From: Phycisphaerae bacterium
Lineage (GTDB): Bacteria; Planctomycetota; Phycisphaerae; UBA1845
Reading direction: 5' to 3'
Length of the DNA stretch: 64,000 bases
Assembly (NCBI GenBank): GCA_963666835.2
Contig: CAXXGO010000006.1
Coordinates: 768,001-832,000, forward strand
Positions 18,595-28,584 of the stretch are shown here, in pieces. The translations under genes were made by a program, and so were the position numbers. Positions within the stretch are counted from its first letter, which is position 1; each line of letters opens with the position of its first letter. The notes below the pieces were generated by a model. That model was not told where the DNA came from. It worked only from the letters and a program-made list of their open reading frames with translations, and searched no databases.

Positions 18595-19533
18595 CTACTT
18601 GCTCAGGCGGGATAGAAGTGCTGTCGCCACGAACCCGGCCACGGCCAGCCCGGCTCCCAATCCATAGTCGCCAAGCCCACTGGCAGCGTCGAACGGCCAG
18701 ATTCCCACCACGGAACCCAGGAGGATTCCCAACAAGAGCCCCAGCGTTGCATCTCGGTGTCGCTGCAGCATCCACTTGAGCGCGTTGCTGAGGAAGATAA
18801 TGCTCAACAGGGCTCCGATGGCCGTGGGGATAATCACCCGAAGGAACACCATCGGGTCACCCTCCTGCCCCATGGACATCGCATAGGATTTTGCCGCCGA
18901 AACCGCGGCGAGGATTGTCTCATAGCGCCCGAGGATCAACAGCATATAGGCTCCCGAGATGCCCGGCAGCACCATGGCCGACATACCCAAAACCCCGGCA
19001 GCGAAATCGCGCCCGTAGTCCGGTTCCAGAACCACCTCTCCGCGAGCTACCGCCGCACGCATGGCCTCCTTGTCCGGCGGCTCCTTTTGGTATAGCCCCA
19101 CGAAGGTCATGGCGACCAGACCGACGACAAGCCCGATCACCGCCCGCTCATTCACCTTGGCGAGCATGCCCCAGAGAAGGGGGACACCTCCGAGGGTCAT
19201 CCCAATAAAGAGCGAGAACATCGGGGCGGGATGAAGCACAACTGCCCGGCTGAGAATTCCGGCGAATCCTGCTATCGCCACGAACGCCGCCCCTCCGACG
19301 ATCGCCAGGAAAGCAATGTTGCGGCGCGAAAACCGCAGACGGGTCACGTCGGCAATGCTGGTGATGAACTCGTCATAGAGCCCGGTTACCACGATCATCG
19401 TTCCGCCCGAGACCCCGGGCACGAGGTTTGCAAGGCCCATCAAGAAGCCGCCTGCAACAGATCGGACTACGGGCAGACCCGCGCCGTTGGGCGTGGTGCT
19501 CGCCTCTGAATGGTCAGCTTCGATCGCCGACAT
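18595..19533 (-). CDS. DUF368 family membrane protein (putative undecaprenyl-phosphate translocase)
   Basis: Two PGxSG re-entrant motifs: MGLANLVPGVSGGT and SAMVLPGISGAYMLLILG.Y. Confidence 0.9.
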   Translation of the reverse strand: MSAIEADHSEASTTPNGAGLPVVRSVAGGFLMGLANLVPGVSGGTMIVVTGLYDEFITSIADVTRLRFSRRNIAFLAIVGGAAFVAIAGFAGILSRAVVLHPAPMFSLFIGMTLGGVPLLWGMLAKVNERAVIGLVVGLVAMTFVGLYQKEPPDKEAMRAAVARGEVVLEPDYGRDFAAGVLGMSAMVLPGISGAYMLLILGRYETILAAVSAAKSYAMSMGQEGDPMVFLRVIIPTAIGALLSIIFLSNALKWMLQRHRDATLGLLLGILLGSVVGIWPFDAASGLGDYGLGAGLAVAGFVATALLSRLSK

Positions 19534-19570
19534 ACTTACCGGTTCCTTTCGCTCTGCCCTTGGGGCGCCC

Positions 19571-19622
19571 GTAACGCAGTCTTCCAGCCTGCCCCGTGTA
19601 ACGCAGGCTTCCAGCCTGCCCG
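19571..19622 (+). repeat. Two tandem GTAAC/GTAGC-type REPs (family E, GTAACGCAGGCTTCCAGCCTGC)
   Basis: Copies at 19571 and 19598. Related copies at 9083, 32401, 55414(-) and 55443(-). Confidence 0.75.
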
Positions 19623-19783
19623 ACGCCCCCTTGCAGAAGGGGGAAGAACCCAGTGCATTGCCACTCGTGGAAGGCATGGGTCCAATCCGCACCGCGTCCC
19701 CTCCCGGCCCTGCTCAACAGCAGTGGCACACTCCGAAACCGCGGTGTGACGTAGCACCAGAAACAACCTCTGTGAAATCGGTA

Positions 19784-22700
19784 CTAGGGTGCGGCAGTCT
19801 GCATCTTCTTCGGTTTCTTCTTTTGGAACAAGCGGGCGAACTCTTCGGTAAGACGCCGGAGCGGTACCGGTCGGACGGTGGGCTGCGAGAGCGGACCGGT
19901 GACGTGCAACTCGACGAGTTCGCGAGACGCATTCTCCACCAGATCCGCCAGACCGGAGCCGCGGACCCAATCGTGCGGACTGGCGCTGACGAGATGGAGG
20001 TCCAGCCCCTGGTCGGGAAGCGACATTGTTCCGTAACCCGCCAAGGCCAAGGCGTTTCCTTCCAGCACAACACGTTTGAGGTCCAATTGGTTGCCCGTCA
20101 AGAAGAAGCCGGCCTCCACGGTATGGAAGGCGTCCTCGTTGGGGACCGCGAGGTTAATGACCTGGAGAATAGCCAGAATAATCGGCAGGCGGTACATCTG
20201 GCCTTCGACAATCTCCATTTGCCCACCGCCGCGCCGTGATTTCGAATCTCCCGCCACGCCCGACAAGTGCAGCCGAAGATCCGCAACGCCCTTGGCCTCG
20301 ATAGGCTCAGTCTCTGCGGAAGCAGGCGATCCGGAATCGTTGAGGAACGGCTTGACATCCACGTTGTGGAGAACGGTTTTGAGTTGATAATCGGTTTGGT
20401 GTTCGTCGAAAGACACGTCCACGCGGGCCGTCAACGCCCCGCCGTAGATGTCGCCCCTAATGTCGCTCAGAGTGAGTCGCCCGAGCCCGTCTGCGCGGCG
20501 AGCATACGCCCACGGTCCGGCAACCGCGGTGACCTTTCGCCCCAGGACCCTCAGCGTGTCCAGTTCAAAAGTACCCGCCAACGTCGTGCCGGCCAGGCGA
20601 TCAATCAGTTGCCCTTCGCCGTTGATCGTCCCATCAATCTCCCGTATTCCGGCCACCCCCGTCAGAGCCACTGAGGCCAGGTCTGCGTGCCCTGCGAATG
20701 ACCACACCGGCGAAGCCTCCGGATGAGCTCGTTCGAAGTGGACTCGAGCGAAGCCGACATTCGCCTTGCCGGCAACTCCGAGCCGATCCCAAGTCACCCG
20801 CGAACCGGTCGGCAGAACCGTTCGGACCGAATCATCCAAGGGCAGATCTCTGACCGTCAACGTGATGTCACCAGACTCACCAGCGCCCGCAAAGGTCGCC
20901 TCGAAGTCGGCCTCGAGTTCGGCCTCTCCGAATCGTCCGGCGACTCCCGACCCTCGCATGCCGTGCTCATCGACAACGATTTCAGCGGTAACTCCCGTCA
21001 ACGGTAGCGGTAACCGGTTGTGCCGTACCGTGGCACCATGCAACCGCGCTATCGTGCGCACCGCCAATGTCGCATCTATGTCACCGGGGGTACTTTGCAC
21101 TGATATATCAGCATCAATCGGCCCCTCTACCTGCCACGCCGTCAGAGCCTGCCGGGCTCTTTCGGGAACGACCGAGACCAACCGATCGTCAATGGTCACG
21201 CCCCGCGCCTCGATGGCCACCGCGGTATCAAGCGGCGGTTGCGTGCGGTCGAGCGTCCCGGTAGCGCTCAACGCCGCCTCGCCGTAGCGCCCGGAGAGTT
21301 CGTTCAACAGGATCCGGTTTGAATCGAACCTCAAGCGCCCCTCGACCCCCTCTATGCGCAGTGGAAACGCCTCCGGTTCGATCGTTACGCCCAGCAGGGT
21401 GACATCTGACGTTTGGGTGACAGTACGGCGGGAAGGGTCCAATCCCAGCACAGTTACCGTATCAAACCGACCCGTTGGGCGAAATCGCCCTACTTGTTCC
21501 TGCATCGTCGCCGGCAGGCATTCCACGAACTGATCGTCGAGCGAAACTCCCCGGGCGCGGACCGTAAGGTCCAAGGCGACCGGTACGCCCGCATCGAGTG
21601 CCACTGAGCCGTCGATCTCCACTCCGGCACCCCCCGCCGCACCCTTCACGTCAGACACGCGCACCTGCGGGCCGTCGAGGGTTACCGTACCACTCATGTC
21701 TTTCAGAGGATAAGGAAACCCGGAGTAACACGCGGAAAGATCCTCAAATGACAAAGTAGTGACAGTTTTCCACGGAGCGGCCTGCTCTGCGGTACCGGCC
21801 AGCCTGGTCAGGTCCACCGAAATACCCAGTGCGCCCTTGGGATCAAACCGGTCATGAAAGTCGCGAAACCGAGCCGGAGCCGTCTGTATGAGAGCGTCAT
21901 CGATGACAATCTCGGTGCCGGTGATGTTCAATTCAGCCGCGGCCTGTTGACCATACCCGGTTACGCTGCCGTCCACGGTTACGACCCCGCCGTCGTGCTC
22001 GCCGCTTATGTTCCGGATGGTCGCGCCGTCGGGCGTGAACTCGACAGACCCGGACATGTCCACCACTCGATACGGCAGCTTGTGATAAGAGGCGTCGCAG
22101 CCACGCGCGGTAACCAGGACTCGGCGCGCTACGACCGCCTCATCCGGACCGGCACGTTTTTCCGCCTCAATCTCGACATCCACGCGCCCGTGAGGGTCGT
22201 ACCTTCGGAAGAACTTGGCCAGTGCCGGCCAGCGCTCGATGAACCGGGCGTGCTCCGGCAGCGCGGCGGAGTCGTTGCGCGGTAGCTCGAGGTCCTCGAC
22301 CGAAAAACGAACGCTGAAATCGATATCATCGAGAGTGGGAAACTGTTCATCCCCTCCGGAGATGGTGGCGGATACGTTGCACAGGCTCCCATGGAATCGC
22401 CCGGTGAAACGGGCATCGATCCCCGAGGCAGTGAGGGTGGCCGTCCCGAATACTCGTTCGAAGCGCAAATAGCGATGATCGGGGGGGAGTTGGTGCTCCT
22501 GCTCGTTGATCGGAATGGACAGGCCGGCGTTGTCCAGCTCGATCGTGGCGGATCGCGGACCGCCCGAATCTCCCCCCAAGTTGTAGTCGCGTGCTCGAAC
22601 GACTCCGTCCAGACCCAGCAGGTCCGACCAAGTTCCCGCCGTGTCGAAACCGGCGTTAATGGCGATCATAACCGCCTCTATCGACATCCACGGAAGCCCA

Positions 22701-23437
22701 CCCCGAATGTTGCGGACGCAGCCGGCTACGGTGTCTACCTCGGAGTGCCCCTCCGCGTTGCGCCGCCCGCCGCCGTTCCACACCACATCGTACACCCCGC
22801 GATCGCGGCGCGACGGTCGAGCGCGAACAGTTAGCGTGAGATCATCCACCACCCGGTCGATTTCAGACTCTCTTTGGATTACCTTCACGCGGGCATCGAT
22901 CAACTCGATGGTCGGCAGAGGATATCGCAACTCCGTGTCGAATGACTCAGTGCGGCGGAACAGCCCGTGCAGATTCGTTCCACCATCCGCAGAATCCCGG
23001 ACGATCACACAGGTCGGGCTCTCGGCCGCGATGGACTTGATCTGAAGACGGCCGGACTCCGCCCAGGCCAAATCGTGAGTAAGATCGACCCGGCGACAGG
23101 AGAACACCGGCTCGGACCGGCTATCATCGTGGAGCCCCGCCTGGGCGGCGGTGTCGTCCAGCGGTTCCAGGACCGTGACATCGCGAAGGTGAATCCCACC
23201 GGACCAGGAATAGTCGGCCGAACCCACCGAAACACGCCCTAAGGTCAATTGCTGCAGGTAAGACTCTGCGATGCTCCGGACGCGTTCCGGATCGGTGTAC
23301 CGTGCGTACGTTACCCACGTAGCCACCGAGGCGATGCCGACAATCGCGAGGGGCAGCCCCAGCCACAGCCACTTCGACCGAAGTTTCGATGTGCGTTCGG
23401 CGGTCTGAGGATCGTCAGGCAACGGCAGATCCTCCAA
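19784..23437 (-). CDS. AsmA-like / YhdP-like large periplasmic beta-rich protein
   Basis: Single N-terminal TM, repeated FPYPL..SG.V beta units and AsmA_2-like C-terminus (ELHVTGPLSQPTV). Confidence 0.8.
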   Translation of the reverse strand: MEDLPLPDDPQTAERTSKLRSKWLWLGLPLAIVGIASVATWVTYARYTDPERVRSIAESYLQQLTLGRVSVGSADYSWSGGIHLRDVTVLEPLDDTAAQAGLHDDSRSEPVFSCRRVDLTHDLAWAESGRLQIKSIAAESPTCVIVRDSADGGTNLHGLFRRTESFDTELRYPLPTIELIDARVKVIQRESEIDRVVDDLTLTVRARPSRRDRGVYDVVWNGGGRRNAEGHSEVDTVAGCVRNIRGGLPWMSIEAVMIAINAGFDTAGTWSDLLGLDGVVRARDYNLGGDSGGPRSATIELDNAGLSIPINEQEHQLPPDHRYLRFERVFGTATLTASGIDARFTGRFHGSLCNVSATISGGDEQFPTLDDIDFSVRFSVEDLELPRNDSAALPEHARFIERWPALAKFFRRYDPHGRVDVEIEAEKRAGPDEAVVARRVLVTARGCDASYHKLPYRVVDMSGSVEFTPDGATIRNISGEHDGGVVTVDGSVTGYGQQAAAELNITGTEIVIDDALIQTAPARFRDFHDRFDPKGALGISVDLTRLAGTAEQAAPWKTVTTLSFEDLSACYSGFPYPLKDMSGTVTLDGPQVRVSDVKGAAGGAGVEIDGSVALDAGVPVALDLTVRARGVSLDDQFVECLPATMQEQVGRFRPTGRFDTVTVLGLDPSRRTVTQTSDVTLLGVTIEPEAFPLRIEGVEGRLRFDSNRILLNELSGRYGEAALSATGTLDRTQPPLDTAVAIEARGVTIDDRLVSVVPERARQALTAWQVEGPIDADISVQSTPGDIDATLAVRTIARLHGATVRHNRLPLPLTGVTAEIVVDEHGMRGSGVAGRFGEAELEADFEATFAGAGESGDITLTVRDLPLDDSVRTVLPTGSRVTWDRLGVAGKANVGFARVHFERAHPEASPVWSFAGHADLASVALTGVAGIREIDGTINGEGQLIDRLAGTTLAGTFELDTLRVLGRKVTAVAGPWAYARRADGLGRLTLSDIRGDIYGGALTARVDVSFDEHQTDYQLKTVLHNVDVKPFLNDSGSPASAETEPIEAKGVADLRLHLSGVAGDSKSRRGGGQMEIVEGQMYRLPIILAILQVINLAVPNEDAFHTVEAGFFLTGNQLDLKRVVLEGNALALAGYGTMSLPDQGLDLHLVSASPHDWVRGSGLADLVENASRELVELHVTGPLSQPTVRPVPLRRLTEEFARLFQKKKPKKMQTAAP

Positions 23438-24719
23438 TTGAGCTGCGCCCGCGCACGCGCCGGCATAACTGAACCAAAGCCACTGCGGCCAGAATCTCCA
23501 GCATCGGCATCGCCACCAGGCGATACCGTACGCTTCCGACGAACAGACTGTGCAGCATGGTCAAACAGACGGCCGGAAGCAATAGGAAGAGGGCGGCTTG
23601 CGCCTCACCCGCGCCGTGCCGCTTCAACAACAGAAAGACCCCGCATGCGCCGAGCGCATAGACCGGCAAAACCCAGCCGGCAGATACCAGCCGTACCGAT
23701 GATGATTGATGGGTCTCGACATTGGGGAACGGGTTCCACATTCGTCGCAGCTTGACCCCGGCCAGCCCGACTACCCGCCCGGGATCCTCGCGGATCAACC
23801 GGAGCGACTCGCGGAAGAAGTAGCGGTTCCACTCGCCCTCCTTCAGGCCGGCGACGGCCGGCATCTGTTTAATGTCCCCCAGGTCGCTGCTCCCGTCGGC
23901 CCCGGGATGCACGCCGTCGTAGAGAGAGATACCTCCCCGGTTGGTCAGCCAGCACCATTCACCAGTTACTTTGTGGTTACGCACGGCCCATGGAACCAGC
24001 GATGCCGTCACGATTCCACCGACGGCAACTGCTCCGAGGATCGTACGCCCATGCCACCGGCGCGCGGACCCCACGAAGACAACCAACGCTACAACCAGAC
24101 CGAGGTTAGACGGGCGAACGTAGACCGCGGCTGCGGCCAGGACGCCGACACCCAACCAGCGAGACCACGCATGACGACCGGTCGGCGGCTCGTTCAGCAG
24201 CGGCACCGCAGCCCACCACAGCGCCAACAATGCCGCGGCGCAGAAAGTCTCGGTCAGAAGCAGTGATGAGGTGAAGATCAAGAACGGGTCTATCGCCACT
24301 GCCAGGGCGGCCCACATACCGATGGTCCGATCGAACAGCGCCGCCGCCAGAGCAAAGGTCAAAACCGCAACCGTCGCTCCGACCAGCCAGTGCAGCACTT
24401 TCGCAAGCACTACTCCGTGGGCAACCCGCGTAAACGGGGCCAACACCGCCGGATAAAGCGGCATCCGCGTGGCTTGAAAACCCAACTCGTCGCGAAGTCC
24501 GTCCCCGCCGGCCAGGGAAGAGGCCACCAGCCAATACTGCTCTTCGTCCGGCAGCGAAAGCTGCGTAGGGTCATCGGCTCGCATTAGAGCAAAGGTCCCC
24601 CAGCCGGCCCGCATGACCAGGGCGACGAGGAACAAGCCGAGATACATGCGGCACCCCGCGAGCGTTCCGGTCCGCCGACGAAGTGACGCGGTACCGTCAT
24701 CTACCGATGTTCGGTTCAC
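23415..24719 (-). CDS. ArnT/PMT-like (GT39/GT83) membrane glycosyltransferase
   Basis: PDEEQY, RMPLYP, LLTET, PWAVRN and RYRL motifs with multiple TMs. GTGA overlap with the tilS stop. Confidence 0.85.
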   Translation of the reverse strand: MNRTSVDDGTASLRRRTGTLAGCRMYLGLFLVALVMRAGWGTFALMRADDPTQLSLPDEEQYWLVASSLAGGDGLRDELGFQATRMPLYPAVLAPFTRVAHGVVLAKVLHWLVGATVAVLTFALAAALFDRTIGMWAALAVAIDPFLIFTSSLLLTETFCAAALLALWWAAVPLLNEPPTGRHAWSRWLGVGVLAAAAVYVRPSNLGLVVALVVFVGSARRWHGRTILGAVAVGGIVTASLVPWAVRNHKVTGEWCWLTNRGGISLYDGVHPGADGSSDLGDIKQMPAVAGLKEGEWNRYFFRESLRLIREDPGRVVGLAGVKLRRMWNPFPNVETHQSSSVRLVSAGWVLPVYALGACGVFLLLKRHGAGEAQAALFLLLPAVCLTMLHSLFVGSVRYRLVAMPMLEILAAVALVQLCRRVRGRSSIGGSAVA

Positions 24720-26152
24720 CGCTCCAATGACCTTGCACGAAGATGGATAACCTGCCGGGTCAGCTCCGTCAACTTGACCCGATCGTCTATGCGATGGCCG
24801 ATGACCCAAATCGGCCCGAGCTGGTCGCACAGCACCGCGACACGCCGGCGCTCCTCGGGGCTTACCTTTGAATCGGTCAGGAAATCCGAGAGCTTCTTCG
24901 ATCCCGGCGCCCCCAACGGACAGAAACGATCACCCGAACGGCGAGCCCGCACGATCAACGGCGGGTGTACGGCCTCGGCGTTTATGTACTCTTCCATCCG
25001 CTCGGCATTACGGCGCATACTGGGAATATCCTGGGCCGCAACGTCTTTGATCAGGCACTCGATGGCCAGCCGGCGAACCGGCAACACCGTCTCCCCCGGC
25101 AGGTGTACCGCGATCTCCGCGGCGATATCCTCGCGCGGCTCATCAGATGGGAGCGAGAAGACCAACTGGTGATAACGCTTCTCTACGGTCATTCCTCCGG
25201 GCAGTTGCACACGCCTGCCACTGCCGGTATCGCTCAGAAGATCCAGCGCCGACACCAGATGAGCGAAAGCCAGATCCTGCTCGCCCAGTCCGAAGGACCG
25301 GTAGGCCAGGCGGACGATCTCGGTCTGGACAATGCGGCTCTTCCTCAAAAGTGCCTCGGCGTTCAAGGTCAGAACCTGGTCGGTGTGCGAGATGATCAGA
25401 GTCTCGAACGTGCGCTGCACCGTTTCGGCAAGGTATTCTTCGACCCAGTTCGCCTGCTCCGCCAGCCGCGCCAGCGCGTCGCGAACCTGCGGGTTCACCT
25501 CAGCTTCGAGCGTGGGAATGATCACGTTGCGGATCCGGTTCCGCATCGGCTCGTTGGATGAATTGGTTCGATCCTCTCTGAATGCGATTCCAGCGTCCGC
25601 AAGGTACTCCAATAACCACCGGCAACTCCGGCGTAGCAGCGGGCGGACTACCCGTACGTCACTCCCCGGAGCCAACGGCCGGCTTCGCGGAATACCACTC
25701 AGCCCTCGCAAGCCCGTTCCGCGAAGAATCCGCTGGAGGATCGTCTCGACGTTGTCGTCGCGATGGTGCCCGACGGCCACGATCCGCGAGCCGACCTTCA
25801 GGCAGACCCGCTCGAAGAAGGCATAGCGCTCGCGCCGGCCGATTTCCTCGACTCCCGCCGATTCCTCCCGCGCCATAGCGGCCACGTCGCGCTTGCCGAT
25901 CGTACAGGGCAGGTGAAGGCTGTCCGAAGCCGCCTGAACGAAGGCGGCGTCCTTTTCCGCTTCGTCGCCGCGCAACTGGTGGTTCAGGTGGGCCACGTGC
26001 AGCCGCAGGCTCCAGTCAGCCTTCTCGTTCAAGGCCAGAAGAAGATGCAGCAGCGCCATCGAATCCGGACCGCCGGAGACCCCGACCACGATACTGTCGT
26101 CAGGCTTGATGAGCCGTTCGGCCAGCAACTCCTGGGCAAGTAACTTAATCAT
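24716..26152 (-). CDS. tilS: tRNA(Ile)-lysidine synthase
   Basis: VSGGPDSMALL PP-loop, H.DD.VET, RPLL, D.TN...RNRIR and TilS C-terminal domain (RRSGDRF..KKLSD). Confidence 0.97.
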   Translation of the reverse strand: MIKLLAQELLAERLIKPDDSIVVGVSGGPDSMALLHLLLALNEKADWSLRLHVAHLNHQLRGDEAEKDAAFVQAASDSLHLPCTIGKRDVAAMAREESAGVEEIGRRERYAFFERVCLKVGSRIVAVGHHRDDNVETILQRILRGTGLRGLSGIPRSRPLAPGSDVRVVRPLLRRSCRWLLEYLADAGIAFREDRTNSSNEPMRNRIRNVIIPTLEAEVNPQVRDALARLAEQANWVEEYLAETVQRTFETLIISHTDQVLTLNAEALLRKSRIVQTEIVRLAYRSFGLGEQDLAFAHLVSALDLLSDTGSGRRVQLPGGMTVEKRYHQLVFSLPSDEPREDIAAEIAVHLPGETVLPVRRLAIECLIKDVAAQDIPSMRRNAERMEEYINAEAVHPPLIVRARRSGDRFCPLGAPGSKKLSDFLTDSKVSPEERRRVAVLCDQLGPIWVIGHRIDDRVKLTELTRQVIHLRARSLER

Positions 26153-26380
26153 AACCCGTCCGCCGCTTGAAGTGTCGTTCCATCTGGCCCAATACCGCCG
26201 ATCGCGGATTCCCCCGCTTTGGCGCCGTCCGTCCCGTTCTCCCCCGCTCCACGCCGGACGCGACGACAACCTTGCTTCGCGTATCTTACCGCACTTGCCC
26301 CACGATGCCAGCAAGGGCGCGCAGCGCGAGCCGAGTAGGGTGTGGCCCGGCCGCACCCTCGACGTCCAAGCCGAGCGCAT

Positions 26381-26956
26381 AGGGTCCGCTGTGCCGGGTG
26401 CCATGGTCCACGCTTGCGTGGCCATGAACGTCTTTTGGGTCGGCTGTACGCGAGCGTATCAACCTCGCCAGGCAACCACGCGGAAAACCGTCCCGAAGGG
26501 CCAGCGGACGGTCAAACGGATCGCGCGAAGACCGCGGCAGGTCTCGTACCTCGACCATGCCCTACGAGACCGGCAGGGTCCGCTGGGTGCCGGGTGCCAT
26601 GGTCCACGCTTGCGTGGCCATGAACGTCTTTTGGGTCGGCTGTACGCGAGCGTATCAACCTCGTCAGGCAACCACGCGGAAAACCGTCCCGAAGGGCCGG
26701 CGGACGGTCAAACGGATCGTGCGAAGACCGCGGCAGGTCTCGTACCTCGACCATGCCCTACGAGACCGGCAGGGTCCGCCGGGTGCCGGGTGCCATGGTC
26801 CACGCTTGCGTGGCCATGAACGTCTTTTGGGTCGGCTGTACGCGAGCGTATCAACCTCGTCAGGCAACCACGCGGAAAACCGTCCCGAAGGGCCGGCGGA
26901 TGGTCAAAGGGATCGCCCGAAGACCACGGCAGGTCTCGTATCTCGATTTGGTCTAC
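26381..26956 (+). repeat. Tandem array of three ~195-bp composite REP units (BIME-like)
   Basis: Units start at 26381, 26575 and 26771 and are nearly identical. Each ends with an inverted family A REP (26534-26565, 26730-26761, degenerate about 26926-26956). Confidence 0.9.
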
Positions 26957-26997
26957 AAGGGATGCTAGGTGTATGTCATACGACAATCACGATTCTG

Positions 26998-27019
26998 CAC
27001 TGCTCAAGAGCAGTGGCAC
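26998..27019. repeat. REP-like family C palindrome CACTGCTCAAGAGCAGTGGCAC
   Basis: Also at 19710-19729, 32359-32380 (inverted) and 57894-57915. Confidence 0.8.
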
Positions 27020-27408
27020 GCTCGCCGGCGTCAAGCCCCTTGGGGCGACAGATCTTGTAGCCCCAGGCGTGAGCCTGGGGAAATGTACGCCCGTTCTGTA
27101 TTGAGCCCCTTGTGGGCGGCAGATCGCATCGGTGTTTGAGCGCGTGCCCGGTAATTCGACATCAGACAGGGAGACGTTGGCCCCAGCCGGCGCACAAGCC
27201 TGTGCCGAAGTGCCGCCCTGTCGGGCTCAAGACGTCTGAGGTGCCCGTTCCCAGGGCTGACGCCCTGGGCTGGAATCGGTGCCGCCCTTGCGGGCTGGTT
27301 CGGCGACCCACACGCGTGGTGGGGCCCGCTATGCGGACCACATGGCTCGGATTCGGGCTTCTGGAGCTTTTTGCTTTGTCGTTTGGCGCCAGTAAACTCG
27401 CCAGGACC

Positions 27409-28401
27409 ATGGATGTCATGCTTCCTTCAACTCGACGGATGACGCCCGATGAAGTCATGGACCTCCTGCGCCACGAGCACGCCAGGCTCGCGCAATACGA
27501 CTTGGCGGAGGAGATCGACCTCACCGTCGATACCAAAGTCGACGATTGGCTCTGCTGGGCGGATGACATGTCGCGACTGTGGGTCGGCAACGCCCGCCGG
27601 CTAAACGCGCTCTTCGGAATCGCGGTACCGCTTAGAGAGTGGAACCAAGTTCTGAACCCAACTCAGTCGAAGACCCTCCGAGGCGTGGCCGCGTTTGTGG
27701 CTGCGCACGCGATAGTACCCGAGATACCGACCGTGACGATCCTAGGCCGGTCGTGCCGCACGGCCGGGGCGTTTCTCACAATCCGCGCGCTTATGGAAAG
27801 CCAAGGCGTGGATACGTCGCAACTGCGGCCCAGCGCGCCGCTGAGCCGGTTTGCCGGCACTGGGCTGCCGGAAGTCTATACAACACTCGTACGATTGGCG
27901 CCCTCTCTTGTCTCTCGATTCGACCCCGTTTTCCGGAGTGACCTGGCACATACTCTCTCCGCAGCGGTGCTCTTGTTGACGACCATTGTCGGTGGCGTTG
28001 TGGCTGGACAATCCCCGTTGATCGGCCTTCCGATTGCGGTTGCCGCTTTCGTGAGCTTCGTCTTTGTCTGGCGGTTATCCGAGAAGCGGATTGCCGCGCC
28101 GCGTTGGTCAACGAGTATCTGGCGATCGGGAGTTGGAAGGTGCGAGACAATGCTGAATGCTTGTATGATTGACAAGTGCAACGACGTAGTCATCATCAGA
28201 AACGTCGGCCGAGAGGATAGGGCTCTGCTGAGGGGCAACCCGAGCGCTCGGTTCGACGCCGGGACAGGTGCGGGAGCCTACCCTCACGGCGGCTCCTGCT
28301 CCCCCAACCTGTTCTGGCCAGAAAGCGATAAACCTCGGGGGTTTGGGGGCAGCGCCCCCAAGGCAAACCCTGGCGCGGTGGGACAATTGTCAAGAAGGTA
28401 G
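27409..28401 (+). CDS. Hypothetical membrane protein; native C-terminus probably replaced by an insertion at about 28105
   Basis: Protein-like composition up to two TM helices (...WRLSEKRIAAPRW). The frame then reads through a promoter-like, hairpin-rich segment. Confidence 0.55.
   Translation: MDVMLPSTRRMTPDEVMDLLRHEHARLAQYDLAEEIDLTVDTKVDDWLCWADDMSRLWVGNARRLNALFGIAVPLREWNQVLNPTQSKTLRGVAAFVAAHAIVPEIPTVTILGRSCRTAGAFLTIRALMESQGVDTSQLRPSAPLSRFAGTGLPEVYTTLVRLAPSLVSRFDPVFRSDLAHTLSAAVLLLTTIVGGVVAGQSPLIGLPIAVAAFVSFVFVWRLSEKRIAAPRWSTSIWRSGVGRCETMLNACMIDKCNDVVIIRNVGREDRALLRGNPSARFDAGTGAGAYPHGGSCSPNLFWPESDKPRGFGGSAPKANPGAVGQLSRR
28169..28196 (+). promoter_or_regulatory. Putative sigma70 promoter TTGACA-N16-CATCAT
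   Basis: Perfect -35 hexamer at 28169-28174 and 4/6 -10 match at 28191-28196, directly before a structured element. Confidence 0.4.
28203..28361 (+). ncRNA. Putative structured RNA of unknown family
   Basis: Stems CGTCGGCCGAG/CTCGGTTCGACG (with GGG-GCAA-CCC inside), CCGGGACAGGT/ACCTGTTCTGG, GCGGGAGCC/GGCTCCTGC and TTGGGGGC-AGC-GCCCCCAA. Several G-U pairs form only on the + strand. Confidence 0.45.
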
Positions 28402-28514
28402 GGGCTGGGTACGAAACGGTCGCACGATTCCCCAGGCTCACGCCGTGGGGCTAGACGGATCTGTCGCCCTAACGGGCTGCGCGCCGTAGGGCAGGTCGAG
28501 GAACGAGACCTGCC
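28382..28514. repeat. Repeat family F (CCCCAGGCTCACGCCGTGGGGCTA core) plus REP A at 28486-28514
   Basis: 28382-28478 is the reverse complement of about 61920-62014. Related copies at 27033-27123 and about 27250. Confidence 0.75.
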
Positions 28515-28584
28515 GTGGTCAGCGATGCCGCACGATGAACGGGCAACCACTACGATGGTGGTCCTTTGAGGGGGTTTACGGTTC

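Noticed and set aside
26381..26956. Possible CRISPR array (also 836-905 and 10715-10862)
   Set aside because: The sequence between repeats is itself repeated, with no unique spacers. Copy numbers are 2-3 and there are no cas genes.
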